A stretch of 63,708 nucleotides of DNA, filler included, from Saprolegnia diclina VS20 (GCF_000281045.1; 6 parts of 4 records of this genome joined end to end with filler, not necessarily neighbours in it); one strand, 5' to 3'. Shown: positions 39,824-52,980, counted from the first letter of the whole stretch. Numbers and translations: made by a program. The notes: generated by a model not told the origin, from the letters alone.

Positions 39824-41988
39824 TCAAGGCGCCGCGTAGAATTGGTCATGGAGGGTGGTCATAATGTCTCGGGTACTCGGGCGCTTCGTGGGGTCGGCGG
39901 CCATGCATCGCATCGCCAGATCTCGGTACCATGGCGCGCAATGGTCGCGCAGCGACGGGCGAAGCCCTTCTTTGATCACCTTGTTTGCAATCACATACGA
40001 CGACTCGTTTTGGGTGGTAAACGGGTCCTGAAGCTTGTCGAGTTCGGTCATGATGACACCGAACGCGTAAATGTCGGCGGAGAAGTCGTACGAGGCGCCC
40101 GAAACAAAGACTTCGGGGGCCATCCAATACGGTGTCCCCGCATGTGTCGTCATATTCGGCTCAAACTCGCGCGTCAAGCCAAAATCGCCCACCTTGACAT
40201 AGCCCGTTGAGCTCAAAAAGACATTTCGACTCTTGAGGTCGCGGTGCATGATGCCCTTGTCGTGCATATCAGCGAGCGCGTTGACGATGGCCCAGAGAAT
40301 CGCAAGGTTCGAAATCGTTGCTAGGGTCGGTGTACCGGCGCGCTTGCACCGGAGGTAGGCGCTCAAGTCACCCATGTCCATGAACTCGAGCACGAGTTTG
40401 GGCGTCTCGTGGTTCAAAATACCCAGTAGCTGCACTGTATACGGCGACTTGCACCTAAAACAAAGTGAAATCTAGATTGCAAAACATACCAGAGACGTAC
40501 AATTGCGTCGCACAAAGCTCACGGCGAAAGACTTCGTTTGGCTTGTAACCATTGCAGAAATGCTTGACGGCTACGGTCGTCCCTTGATACGTCGCCTTGT
40601 ACACATCACCCGTCGCACCACTACCAAGGTGCTCGGCGTTATGCTCGACCAAGTCGGCGGCCGAAAGTTCCTACACAAACTGAGTACGTCAAGGCGCGGT
40701 ATGAGGGAATGTACGACAGCGATTTCGTTGCGGTGCACGAAGGCGTAAATGTGTGCCGCTATACGTCGATGCATGCGCTTGATGGCCAACAGGAGCGGCG
40801 TCTCGTTGGCCTACACGCGTATTAGTCGCGCAAAGCAGACATCCTGTGGACCTTGTTCTTCTTCTTGGCATCGACACCAGGCAGAAGCAAGAGGTGTTGG
40901 ACCAACGCGGCATTGTTTTCCGCCACAGCCAAATGCAAGACCGACTGCCCTTCCTGCCAGGCAAAACGTGTTCATGGGATGTGTCCCGTACCAAGGAGAC
41001 ACCGCGTACCTCGTTTGTCGAATTGATGCCTTGCTGGAGCTGCCGCGAGATGGCTTTCGTGCTGCTGGCAGCGGCAAGTTTGGTCAGCGCCAGGTTCGTC
41101 GCTTGGTCAAGTAGGTCGACGATGGCCGCATAGCCATTCTGCACGGCAACATCCCGGGCCGATTTGTGGCTCTACCAAAATTGCATGCGATCGCATTGAT
41201 GCCATTGGTGAGAACGCACACTGCTGGTCGCAGTTAGATCGGCGCCGGCGTCAATCAGCAGCTGCAAAACCTCGGTGTGTCCGAGTTTGGCCGCAGCAAG
41301 GAGGGGCGTGTAGCCGTTCTATACTCCGTGAACGGTGAATGGCTACACTAAGATGCGTTAAAACGTACAGCTTGGGGTGTGTTGACGTTGGCTTTTTCTT
41401 GAACAAGCAATCGCAAGATTTCGACAAAGCCGTACGTAGACGCCACGTATGCTGGTGTGCATTTGCTCTATACACATTTGTTTGTTTGGTCCCAACGAAT
41501 GCATTCTGTACATACATTATGGTCTGCAGCGTTGATGTCGGCACCAGCTTTCACAAGGCGGCACACGATGTTGGTATGCTGGCGACGCACCGCGATGAGC
41601 AACGGTGTCCATCCGTGCTAAATGATATGAAACTGTCAGTAACTGTCAGTCTACAACAGTGTCGATCTCACGTCGTTTCGGGCATCGATGGCGGCTCGCG
41701 CAGTTACAAGCTGCTCAACAACAGACTCGTGCCCGTTCTCGGCGGCCACGTAGAGTGCCGTAGCGCCAGTCTATCGAGATTTCTCATTGGCTTCGCAACC
41801 AAAGGCCAACATACTAGTTTAGGTGAATACCTCATTCGTTCGATCGACGTCAGCGCCAAGTCTGAGAGCAGCCTTGACGTCGCTGATATCGCCGTGGAAG
41901 GCAGCGTAAAAGAGACGCTGGTGGAGCGTGTCCTACAACAAAGAAGGTTTGAGGCCGAACCATCTGTGTTTGCTCAGAGTACGCTCAT
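39824..41988 (-). CDS. Ankyrin-repeat TKL-family protein kinase with intact catalytic motifs
   Basis: Micro-exon ATG AGC; ankyrin exons (QRLFYAAFHGD, ATALYVAAENGH, YTPLLAAAKLGH); kinase LGSGATGDVY, VAVK, HRDLKSRN, VGDFG, GTPYWMAPE, DIYAFG. Confidence 0.9.
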
Positions 41989-43399
41989 TTAGGTTCTTTC
42001 CGCGAGCAGGATGAATCGGAAATGACGGAGTATGGGTAACTCTCCGCTGGATAGCTTTGCACACATCGCTTGATAATCTCGATATACATGTTCATGGATA
42101 GGTAGGTCCCAATGCAGTGATATGTTGGCTCGCGGTCGTAGGCACACTCTTCGACGCAGGTTAGAGTTGCGCGCACTGCACTGATTTGAATTGGATTGCA
42201 TATCGACATGATATTATTCTCGTTCATTTCAAGAAAGGTGGTCTCATATACCGGTTCTTGATAAATTGTTTCTTTCAATATTATCAAGTCGTCGGAGCCA
42301 TTCTCGTATTATTTGGTTCGCAACCACGATACAATTTCTTGGCAAGCCGTCGCACGATGTTTCTACAAGAATACCCGACGGCTTGCACTCCTCTGCCGGG
42401 CGGCCCGAGTACAGGAGCCTGCGTACGACCTCGCGCGAGCTAGGACTCGGTGAATGGGATCCACCACGGGATGGATCTCTCCGTACGCAGCTCACTCCCA
42501 ACGACCAAGTGCTGGTGCCAACTCCCACGCATTCACAACGTATGCGAAGTCTTTATAATAATAGCGAAGACAACGCGGAATACCTTCATATATATATAGG
42601 ATTAAGGCATGGACCACACCAGATCAGGTGTCGCTTTGGCTTCGAGTCCAAGCTCGATCTCGACGAATCTCGACGGCGTCTTCCGACCACATATGCTATC
42701 ATTACTTGCGCCCCAAACGGGTGGCGCACTGTCCGAGCTCGTAATCGAACAGTGACGATGGTTGTATTTCCTCAATACCTGCGCTCGGGAGCGAACCCGA
42801 TGATGCATCCAACGACGTTGCATCGGTCAGCGAACACCGTACGTTATGACACGCACGAAAGCAGAGGGTACGTTTCATAGCACATGTTTGGCTGGAATCT
42901 GGCTGCGAATTTTCCGCTAGAGATATTAAAAGAGTCCATTGTCCTTTGCCGCGAGGACTCTGAGCCCGTTGCTACCTTGACACACTCTACGCAAATGCTG
43001 CTATTGTTTGAGACACATATCCGTTTGCACCGAAGATTGAGGCACCGACCGAGCCAGGCGCGATGAACAGCGGGTGAGGTTGCATACACAACATGTGTCT
43101 CACGGCATTCTAAGAACTGAGCTAGAGCGGGTATTTCTCTCCCAATTATGAAGAACTCGTACCGCGCATTCTAAACTCCACATAGCTGTCCAAGCAAACG
43201 ATACCCAATGGTCGAATAGCGTGCGACGTTACTAGTACAGTGTATGATAGGAAGCACAATGAGTTTGGCGCATGGTGCGGACACAGATACAGTGTCTTGG
43301 CCTTCGCGAAACGTTGCAAGTCCAAGACGGTTTCTCTGCAACCAGCTGGTTCGTGTACGTGTCGTCCAAGGGGCACAGCCCAATGTCGCCTTCGCAAAA

Positions 43400-43416
43400 G
43401 CTCACTTTTCAATCTT
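43400..43416 (+). promoter_or_regulatory. Oomycete INR-FPR core promoter of the pectin lyase gene
   Basis: GCTCACTTTTCAATCTT resembles the consensus GCTCATTYYNCAWTTT and starts 39 nt upstream of ATG 43439. Confidence 0.65.
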
Positions 43417-43438
43417 CCTTCTCTCCAGCATCGTACTC

Positions 43439-44626
43439 ATGAAGCTCTCGTACCTTCCGCTCGCGCTCCTTGCGATCGCCTCCGACCTTGTCTTTGGTGG
43501 CACCAACGCGCCTGGGCTGGCCGCCGGTGTCACAGGCGGCGGCAACGCAACGCCCGTATACCCCACAAACATCAACGAGCTCAAGGCGTACCTCCAAGAC
43601 GCTGTGCCCCGGGTCATTGTCCTCAACAAGACGTTCGACTTTCGCGGCTCCGAGGGCAAGAAGACCGAGACGGGGTGTCGCCCCGACTACACGCGCGCTT
43701 GCATCGCCAAGAAGAATGGTTTCCAGAGCCAAGATGTGATTTTGCAGGCCGGTGGCATGGCCAACACGGGCGGATGCACCAACGGCACGCCCGTCCAAGT
43801 CTCGTACGACGTTGCGGCCACGAAGAACCCGCTCGTCGTGTCGGGCTCCAAGACCATCCGTGGTGAGGGCCAGAAGGGCGTCATTGTCGGCAAGGGTCTC
43901 TGGCTTCGCGGCGACAACATCATTCTTCAAAACGTCCATGTGACCAACCTCAACCCGCAGTACGTCTGGGGCGGCGACGCCATCTACCTCAACGGCAAAC
44001 CCGATGGCTCAGCCCTGCAAAAGATCTGGATCGACCACGTCAAGATCTCGCTTGTCGGTCGGCAGATGCTCACGACCGACGGCGCTGGCTCAGACAGCAT
44101 CACCGTCAGCAACTGCGACTTTGATGGCCACACAACATGGTCGTCGTCGTGCGATGGCCACCATTATTGGAACAACATTTTCATCAGCAACCTCAAGATG
44201 AGCTACATCAACAACGTCATCCATCACACCTCCGGTCGCGCGCCCAAGATCAACTCGTCCAACGGCAAATACTCGGTGCAAGTGCACGTCGCCAACAACT
44301 ACTGGTACGACAACACGGGCCACTCGTTCGAAGTCGACCAGGCGTACGTGCTCTCAGAAGGCAACTACTTTGAGACGACGGCGTTGCCCAACCTTGCCGA
44401 GCCCAACGGCTGGATCATGTCGACGACCAACGACAACAAGGGCACATGCAAGGCGGCGCTCGGCCGCGACTGCGTCCCGGACGCATTTACCAACAGCGGC
44501 AAGTTCGTCGACCATGGCGCAAGCGCGGTGCCGGCCAAGATGAAGGGCATCGCGACGGCATTTTCGACGCAGCCCGCCAAGCGCATTACCTTGTCGACGG
44601 CTAACTTTGGTGTCGGCAATCTCTAA
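43439..44626 (+). CDS. Secreted pectin lyase (polysaccharide lyase family PL1), intronless
   Basis: Signal peptide MKLSYLPLALLAIAS; GVTGGG, KTIRG, VWGGDAI, IWIDH, CDGHHYW (fungal pectin-lyase-like), SGRAPK, VANNYW, EGNYF. Confidence 0.93.
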   Translation: MKLSYLPLALLAIASDLVFGGTNAPGLAAGVTGGGNATPVYPTNINELKAYLQDAVPRVIVLNKTFDFRGSEGKKTETGCRPDYTRACIAKKNGFQSQDVILQAGGMANTGGCTNGTPVQVSYDVAATKNPLVVSGSKTIRGEGQKGVIVGKGLWLRGDNIILQNVHVTNLNPQYVWGGDAIYLNGKPDGSALQKIWIDHVKISLVGRQMLTTDGAGSDSITVSNCDFDGHTTWSSSCDGHHYWNNIFISNLKMSYINNVIHHTSGRAPKINSSNGKYSVQVHVANNYWYDNTGHSFEVDQAYVLSEGNYFETTALPNLAEPNGWIMSTTNDNKGTCKAALGRDCVPDAFTNSGKFVDHGASAVPAKMKGIATAFSTQPAKRITLSTANFGVGNL

Positions 44627-45247
44627 CTGTGCATTTTATCGTGTTGTCCTTTTCTAATATCAAAATGTTCATGAACGTCATTTTCAGCGAATTACTTTAC
44701 TTTCAAATTTCTCCAAAAAAAAGTCCATCCCTCTATCGGCGCCAGCGCTTCGTCCATCGATTCGTACCATGCTTGATGTTGGTGCTAGTCTCTATCTTCA
44801 TGCCGAGCTGCGCTCAAATTGCACTACGATCTTAGTTTACATCTGGGATCGCGTCTTGCTCGCGCCATACGCCTCGGACGTCGACGCGACCTCGTACTCT
44901 CCAACGCGTTCTCTACCAATGTGCGAACCGTTGGTGATTTCGTTTCCAAAAGCAATGTGCTTGACCTGCTTTAGTCGAACCGGCCGGCCGATCTTGGCAA
45001 GAGCGCTCATGGCGTCGATAACGCATGCGCATTGCTGATCGAGTCGACAGGCGGCATTTTCGACCCAGCTCGCCAAGCGCATTTCCTTGTTGACGATCAA
45101 CCTTGGTATCACCATATCACCAACTTCTAACTTTGAAGTCGCCGTTATTTCCCTTATTGAAGTAAGAAGTTGGAAACAACATCCTTTTTGCCGTCGCCAT
45201 CTTGCTTTCAAATTCATAAAATTCATAGAGTAAGATCCTACATAACT

Positions 45248-47814
45248 CTATCGCCGCTGGCGCTTTGTCTGTCGCGTCGTATCGTTCTTGACGTCCACAG
45301 TTGTCTTTGTTGATGTGCATAATTGCGCTTGCAACGTTGCAATGACCGTCGCAACTCGGTCTACCACGGCGGCTTCGTTACTGCGCGCGTCGGCAGCCCG
45401 CGGGAACGTCGAGCCCCACACGTCTCTGGAGCCATATGCGTAGCTGAACGACTCGCTGTATGAGTTGGCCGATGGCTTGGTCGTGGCCAGAGCGAAAAGT
45501 CTGCGGCACAAAGGCGCATCGACATGCACGAAGAGGTTCGCCAGCGGGAGCAGCAGCTGGTCCGTCTCTCGCAGTGTTTTCCAAAGCGCGTCACACCACA
45601 CGTCAAGGAACGCTAGCAGCTCGTCGATCGCGAACCATCTGAGCAGCTCGATCGCATCACGCACGAGTTTATGCGCCTTGGACGTATCTGGCGCGTAGAC
45701 CGTGCAACGCAGCATCCGACAGCGCATCTCTTTCTCAGCGAGCGTGTGCGATGACGCGACGATATAAGCGGCGATCCGCGACGTCAAAGCCGGTGCGACC
45801 AGCTCTTTGAACTTGGTGGCAATCGTACGGGCCACGGGGAGCAGCCCAAGGCCCCACGCTCTGGTCAAGTTGAGAAATACGGCGTCGTCGAGGCGCTTTA
45901 CGAAGAGTGCGAGGTACATGAGGCTTCCCGCCACGTCCAGGCCCGCTTGCTCCAAGTCGCATACGTCCTGCTCAGTCATGGTGCGAGCGCGGAACGCATC
46001 GAGCACATGCGCGACCAACGGGCTGCGTGCGATCGTCGGATCGCGTTGAATCGCAGAGGCGAGGCCCACTGCAATGTCTGCGTGGAAGTTGCAGCTGCGG
46101 TCTGCCATGAACAGCGGCGCCACCGATGGCGGCGGTGGCAAGACAAATGCATCGACGGCCGAGACGAGCGCCGGTGGCAGGCGGTGGCCAATGTAGTTGG
46201 CACGCGCGAGGTGTGGCGCCGTGTTGGTGACGTAGGCTTCGAGAAGCAAGTTCCGCTTGAAAATGACGTGTCTATAGTCCACGGGCGACGACAAGACGGG
46301 ATCGACGAGAAGCGCGGCCCAGCACCGCTAGAGCAGCTCGGCTTCGTGTTGTAGGCGCAACGGCGGGCACAGCGGCGCATCGTCGAGGCCGACAAAGCTC
46401 GTCAAAAGGTGCAGAACGTCAAGGACGTGTCGTTTGGACAAGCGCGGGAGGAGCTGCAGCAATGCCGGTAAGAACGGCCCCCATCCATGCGTCGTGAGGA
46501 GCCCATGCAGCCAGAGCGCGACGTCGGACACGGACACATCTTCTCGATCGAACGAGACAATGTTGGCGACAAAGTGCAGCGTGAGGTCGAGATCATCTTG
46601 ATGCGCCAAGAGACGGGCCATGATCGCCAGTGGATGCCTTCGCCCATAGAAATAATCTTGTGGGAGCCGTCGATCGGGGCCAAAGGTCGTCATCGCCGCA
46701 CGCAAGATTACGTCCACATCTCTAAGACCGAGATAACCGTCATCTTCGTCAAGCCCGTGGCCATCGTCCGGCGCGTCCCCGAGCAGCACGATGGCCAAGT
46801 ACTCGAGTGCATCGTCCCAATCGCCCAGGACGACGCGGTGATGTTTTGGCCAAAAGATCAGCCGACACGACGACTCTGCGCTGTCGCCGAGGGTGAGATC
46901 AGGCTTTCGGTACTTGCACGTGTCCCAAATGATGTCGGGCACGCCGCAGGCAGGGTGCAGCAGTACGTAGCCCGCTCTGCAGTAGTACGTCGCGTCCACC
47001 ACCAACCCGACGTCAAAGCATTTGGTCACAAGAAGGACGTCGACGAGGCCCTTGTCAATGCTCTCAAGGTGCTCGAACGATGGAGGTTCGCTGGGCGTCG
47101 GGTACGCAACGGGCTTGCCAATGCACTGGTATGTCAAAAACGGTGAGTGGGCGAGCGCTGTGAACGCTGCAATGGCCGGTTCTTGGTTGGGCGCCGCCAA
47201 TCGCATGTTGTCGTGCGCCTCGTCGTAGCTCAATCGAAAGACGAGTGCGACGCGGCGACCCGATGTGATCGGCGCCGATGTGAACGAAGTGCTCAGAAAG
47301 GCCGCCGCAAACGCCGTCACAACCGGCGACGTCTCGACGTCAAAGCTCGCAGTCTCGCTGCCGTGCGTGCACGTGATGACGCCGCCTTCGTGCATGGATG
47401 GAAGGAGAACGATGAGCGAGCCAAACGTGCAGGCGTCATTGGCGTCGTTGGTCGGGAGCAGCTTGAACGTCGCCGCGTCGCCAACGCTATCGATCGCCAT
47501 GTGCGAGAGAACGAGCTGCATCTCGCCCGTCGGCGCCAAGTCCCGCGTAATGTCTTCTTCAATCGTCTCGAGCATCGAGTTAAAGCCTTCGTCGTAGGCA
47601 AACGCTATGGCCGCGCTCGGGATGGGTAGAGCGCTTGGATCTGGGCGGCTTGTGCGGCGGTGAGCGGCCATGCGAGCGGCTCATCCAAGTCCTCGAGATA
47701 CATGAGGAACGGCGGAGACTGCGGCAGAGCGCCAGTCGAGACGAAAGCGCCCGGCTCGTGGACCAGCGCGACCGCAGCTTCGTACGCGCAACGCTCGGCC
47801 ACGTGCTTGGCCAT
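45248..47814 (-). pseudogene. Disrupted 2OG-Fe(II) oxygenase-like protein gene
   Basis: WPLTAAQA, TFGSLIVLLPSMHEGG, APITSGRRVALVFRL resemble the prolyl-hydroxylase-like fold, with no evident HxD ligand motif. Frameshift near 47620 and in-frame TAG at 46328-46330 split it into three ORFs. Confidence 0.65.
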
Positions 47815-48747
47815 GCCAGTCGAAAAAGTCGAAATCGGCAAACTCCGCCAATCGTGGCAATGTTATTAAGCATAATGAGCGGAATATAAAACGCTGGATA
47901 TGCATTCCGTTAAAGCGACCAATCATCGAGCAGCATGCATCTATCATATCTGATTGACGAACTGCGAGGCCCGTGGTCGGTGACGTCGAGCTCGATGGAG
48001 ATATGCTCGCGCTCAGCCGGCGCCGCCGATAGATCTTTGACGTGGCGTCAACCTCCGGCCGCTACTGCCGATCGACGCCGGCGACCGGCTTTCCACTCTG
48101 TACGCGACGTAGTTACCGGGTGGGTACTTGGCCCTCGACTAGAACGGTTGCAGTAAGAGTGCAGCGCCGGCGATCCGGCCAAGCGATTGCAACGTACTTT
48201 GTATTGCGCTTCGCGGGCCGAGGGCGACTTCGCTCTTGGGGTGGATGATGTTGTCCTCGCCGTCTCGACGCCGCCAGACCAAGGGGTTCGCTCGCCGCCA
48301 TTACGGCAAGAGCACGATTCTGTGGCCCAACTAATACTTGGGCGTTGACGACGACAAGGACCATTTGCACGACGCGCAAGGGCGTTCAGCAGGTACTGTT
48401 AGCACCCAGTTTCTCTGCGCGACCCGACTGTGCTGATTGTGTGTCAGACCATNNNNNNNNNNNNNNNNNNNNNNNNNNNNNNNNNNNNNNNNNNNNTTAA
48501 TTAATTAANNNNNNNNNNNNNNNNNNNNNNNNNNNNNNNNNNNNNNNNNNNNGCGGTGCATGGCTGTACGGCTGAGGACTTGAACTTGAAACCATCTGCC
48601 GTAAGCATACTCGTGTTGCACATACGATGCGTCAGTGCGAAGGAATCTCGGTCGCCCATATTGAGAGAGTACCGATAAAAGCCGACATATCGCACGCTGG
48701 AAGCTCACCATCGCTGCAGTTTGGAATTGGCTGCGGACCCGAGAGCG

Positions 48748-48945
48748 ATGCGCTGCCACCTCCTCCTCCTCCTCCTCGTCTCGGCGCTCGTCGCGACGCT
48801 TGCTGCCGCCAACAGCCTCCGCGCCGACGACTGCTGCGCGACCGGCACGTGCCCCAACGAGTGCCATCAAGCGCGGCTGCAATTGAGCCCGCGATGGAGC
48901 GCCAAGCTGCGCAAGTACGTCAAGACGCCTGTGTATCGGCGATAG
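48748..48945 (+). CDS. Possible small secreted Cys-rich peptide, or 5' remnant of a secreted-protein gene
   Basis: MRCHLLLLLLVSALVATLAAA signal-like sequence followed by DDCCATGTCPNEC and a basic tail; 65 aa. Confidence 0.35.
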   Translation: MRCHLLLLLLVSALVATLAAANSLRADDCCATGTCPNECHQARLQLSPRWSAKLRKYVKTPVYRR

Positions 48946-50547
48946 CTCCGCCTTCTCCGATCGTCCTATGCTGGAATCGCACTTCTTAATATGTCGATAT
49001 ATATACTGCTTCACCACCCTCTCGGTACCCAGGAGACGACGTCGTTGGAGGAACTGACCCTGGGTGCGACCTGCTCCTCGGCGGCGAGGTCGTCGGCGTC
49101 CTGCACCGACCTTAATGATCAAGTACACTGTACGCGAGTCGTGACACACGATCGATGGCGTGCTTCCGGAGAAGACTCAAACGACGCCTTCTGGTGCATT
49201 CGAATATATATTTGCCTCGACAATGAGCTGCTACTGCTATCACGCTATCATGGACGACAGCGTCTGAGATTACATCTCGACGAAGGCGACGCGAAACCAT
49301 GTGGCACTGGTAGGTGCGAACACCATCTCGGTGGCTCGGTGGGTCCAGAGGTGGGTCCCGGTGTCTCGGTGGGTTGTCTGATCGAGTCGCCAGAATTCGG
49401 AGCACCCAAGGTTCAGTGACCCACGAAAGGCGACCACGACCAACAGAGAACGCAACGGCAGAACGTCAAGCTCCAAGACCCGCCATTCTCGACAACAAGC
49501 CAACCTGCCGCGCTAACGACTACTGTCTCCTACTAGTAACTACTAGTAGTTTGTTTGATAGATCCTAAGTAGGGACGTGTCGCCGTGGAATAGCATAGCG
49601 CCGTTGAATGTAGTGTGCCTTGTCCAAGCAGCACAAGTTGCACCGCGGGTGTGCCAAGCTCTCTCCATGACCCTGTTGGCCGCTTGATGTACGGAAGCTT
49701 CCGAAGGTCTCCATGCGCTGGTTTGAGTTATGGACAAGATGGAAGCGACAGTCGCAAAGGGTGCCAGCTTGGAGCAATGCTGATTGCGATCGTTTTGGGC
49801 GTCTTCACGCATTCACGCGACCACCTTGGAGTTAAGAACGACGGGATATATTTCGAGAGGCGTCTGATCAGAGCCAAACGCGGTGGACGACCTGATGAGC
49901 GACGACGGAGCGACCGACTTCGATGTTGCAGTTGCGCGCCAGCAATCCACGTCAATCGAGCAGAATTGTGTAGCAAAACGCTTCTTTGTTAGCTCAGTAG
50001 CTGCAATCGAATCGTCGGTGGCATATTTCACTGCGAAAAGTGCACAAGCAGGGTACATTGCCAAGGGAATCCGGCAACACACCGGCAAAGACTCCTCGGA
50101 TGACGTGGCGCTCTGTGACAGCGCCAAACCGTTACACGTCGCACCGTCAGGAGTCAGCATCTTGGACCAGTTTGGACGACTTGTGCAAATAAAGTCTTAT
50201 CGGTTTATAGCATGCAACGTCATACAAGAAAGCGAGCTCGCGAGGAAAGGTACCATCCTAGGCTGGGTTGAGGGCAAATGAGTGTTTTGGGATACGAGGC
50301 TGGATCATCACCAACTCGCTTCTCAAACAACGCCGTCCAGTACCGTGCACCGAATTGTACAGTACTAGACGCGTATATTCCGCGCCATCAACTTATATTA
50401 ATCTCGCGAAGAAAACTAACCTCTTGAGCCAGGAGAATAATTGATTGAGATTGTTTCGGAGACTGTTTGATTCTCAATCATAAAAACTAATCCCACCAGG
50501 GACGCGAAACTGTCGAAAATGAAACCAATCACGAAACCCATTTGACG

Positions 50548-51587
50548 ATGCTCACGCTCTTCGCGAGGAAGAAGGGCAAGAAGTGCAAGGACATCCCAAC
50601 ATACGCGGAGCAGCTAAGGGCGCACGAGCTCAAACACGGACCTATCTTTCCTGTTGCTCCGATCGCCAATGGGATCGCAGCGCACAACACCCCAAGTGTC
50701 CAAAAGGCGGGCCAGCCCGAGCCTGCGTCCAACGTCGTTCCGAGCGCTCACGGGGACGCCGCGTACGACTCTGGTGGGGACGATAACGACGTGTACGTCC
50801 TACAAGCGGGACGGCACGTCAACGACCGGACTAAGCCGTCCGTGGAGCTACGGCAAGACCAAAAGGACCAGCAGAATTTGAACGCGCGACGCGCCGCTGA
50901 GATAGCCTGGAGTGGCCAGTTCTTTGACCACTTGAAGCACGTCGCATATTGGGCGACGCCATTGGAAAGACCAGATGCGGTGTGCAGCTTGTGCTCGAGC
51001 CATGCAACCCACGCCTGCAATACGTGCAACATGTTCTCGGCTTGCGCCATCTTTTGCCATGACCACGCCATCAGCCACGCCCCGCTTGCACACAATGTGG
51101 TGGACCGCAACGACAACATGATGCATCGACCAGTGAGGCGATGCCTTCCATGCCCATGCTCCGCGACAGGTGCTGTCCGCGTGATCCCCATGGAGGTGTA
51201 CCTCCACAGCTACGACGCAAGCGAAATGGTGGCTATCTCGTGCAAACAGTGCAGCCCAACAGCAGTTCTTTTGCGTCTGGGCTCCTTCCCAGGCTCGCCA
51301 TGCATCCCATGTATTACGCGCCATCGATACGCGTTGTTGACGAGATGGACTGTACACGCTATCCTACACTAGCACATGGGTTCGCGTTCTCGATGCTGGA
51401 GTCTAGCTGCGCGTACCGCAAGGCTGCCAATGAAGTGTCATACTTAGGCGCAGCCAAAGTCTTCTTTGGTGAACGACCCGAGTACCAACACGATGTCAAG
51501 GAAACTATATATCGGTCGTTCAAGACGGCGATCTGCCAGTACGAGAAGATCAAGCACTTCATGACGCATAATAAGACTCGCTCGTAA
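50548..51587 (+). mobile_element. N-terminal part of a KDZ (Kyakuja-Dileera-Zisupton)-type transposase with CxC cysteine cluster; rest not seen before the N gap
   Basis: Cys/His cluster CSLC..CNTC..FCHDH..H; splicing intron 51311-51372 gives SCKQCSPTAVLLRLGSFPGSPCIPSHGFAFSMLE, matching the CxC motif LLxxGxFPxxPxxPxxxFxxxLL. Confidence 0.6.
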
Positions 51588-52980
51588 GACGCAGCAACGA
51601 GACAATGTAAAACTAGGATTCAAGTCTTCAATGCACAGTTCACCCGGTCTCTCGGTATGGGTGTTTTGCGCGCGTAGGACGTCAAAACGACCTTTTTCAC
51701 TTAGAGGAGCTTGCAAATACTGCTAGCATTCTAGATCTCGGCTCCTATCACGCAGCAGCCTCATCTCACCCGAGGAACTGCCTTTCCCCCTGAGCCATTG
51801 TGAAATGTCTGGTTNNNNNNNNNNNNNNNNNNNNNNNNNNNNNNNNNNNNNNNNNNNNNNNNNNNNNNNNNNNNNNNNNNNNNNNNNNNNNNNNNNNNNN
51901 NNNNNNNNNNNNNNNNNNNNNNNNNNNNNNNNNNNNNNNNNNNNNNNNNNNNNNNNNNNNNNNNNNNNNNNNNNNNNNNNNNNNNNNNNNNNNNNNNNNN
52001 NNNNNNNNNNNNNNNNNNNNNNNNNNNNNNNNNNNNNNNNNNNNNNNNNNNNNNNNNNNNNNNNNNNNNNNNNNNNNNNNNNNNNNNNNNNNNNNNNNNN
52101 NNNNNNNNNNNNNNNNNNNNNNNNNNNNNNNNNNNNNNNNNNNNNNNNNNNNNNNNNNNNNNNNNNNNNNNNNNNNNNNNNNNNNNNNNNNNNNNNNNNN
52201 NNNNNNNNNNNNNNNNNNNNNNNNNNNNNNNNNNNNNNNNNNNNNNNNNNNNNNNNNNNNNNNNNNNNNNNNNNNNNNNNNNNNNNNNNNNNNNNNNNNN
52301 NNNNNNNNNNNNNNNNNNNNNNNNNNNNNNNNNNNNNNNNNNNNNNNNNNNNNNNNNNNNNNNNNNNNNNNNNNNNNNNNNNNNNNNNNNNNNNNNNNNN
52401 NNNNNNNNNNNNNNNNNNNNNNNNNNNNNNNNNNNNNNNNNNNNNNNNNNNNNNNNNNNNNNNNNNNNNNNNNNNNNNNNNNNNNNNNNNNNNNNNNNNN
52501 NNNNNNNNNNNNNNNNNNNNNNNNNNNNNNNNNNNNNNNNNNNNNNNNNNNNNNNNNNNNNNNNNNNNNNNNNNNNNNNCCAACTATCCAAGACATCTCG
52601 TCGCCAAGTCTGCTCGCAAGAGCGATATATCGACAACGGGAACTTGCCAGCAACGTCCAGAGAGATCACTGCTTCGGCAAATGCACGGTGTTCCGCCCGG
52701 ACGTCTGTGGACAGACACTGTCATTCGAACGCCAATCCGTCGAAGTCGAGTCCGATTCAAAACCCTGGCTTCTGGATACCGCACGCTGGATAGTGGCTGC
52801 GCGTCGCAGCTCCTGTGCGTGATCCATGACGTGGCAGCCTCAGAGACGATTTGTTTGACCGGATTTGCGGTATGCGAACCTTTTCGTGACAACCAGCTGG
52901 TGGCCGGAATCAACGTCTTTGGCTCGGCAAAAAAGCAAGCACAGCGTCGCAAGACAATATCGAGATCCGAGTTTTGCCAA

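Noticed and set aside
42000..43300. ORFs up to 204 aa upstream of the pectin lyase
   Set aside because: No codon bias or domain motif recognised; treated as intergenic or decayed DNA.
49600..50300. Possible additional transposase remnant
   Set aside because: Only weak Cys/His-containing fragments with stops; cannot be supported.
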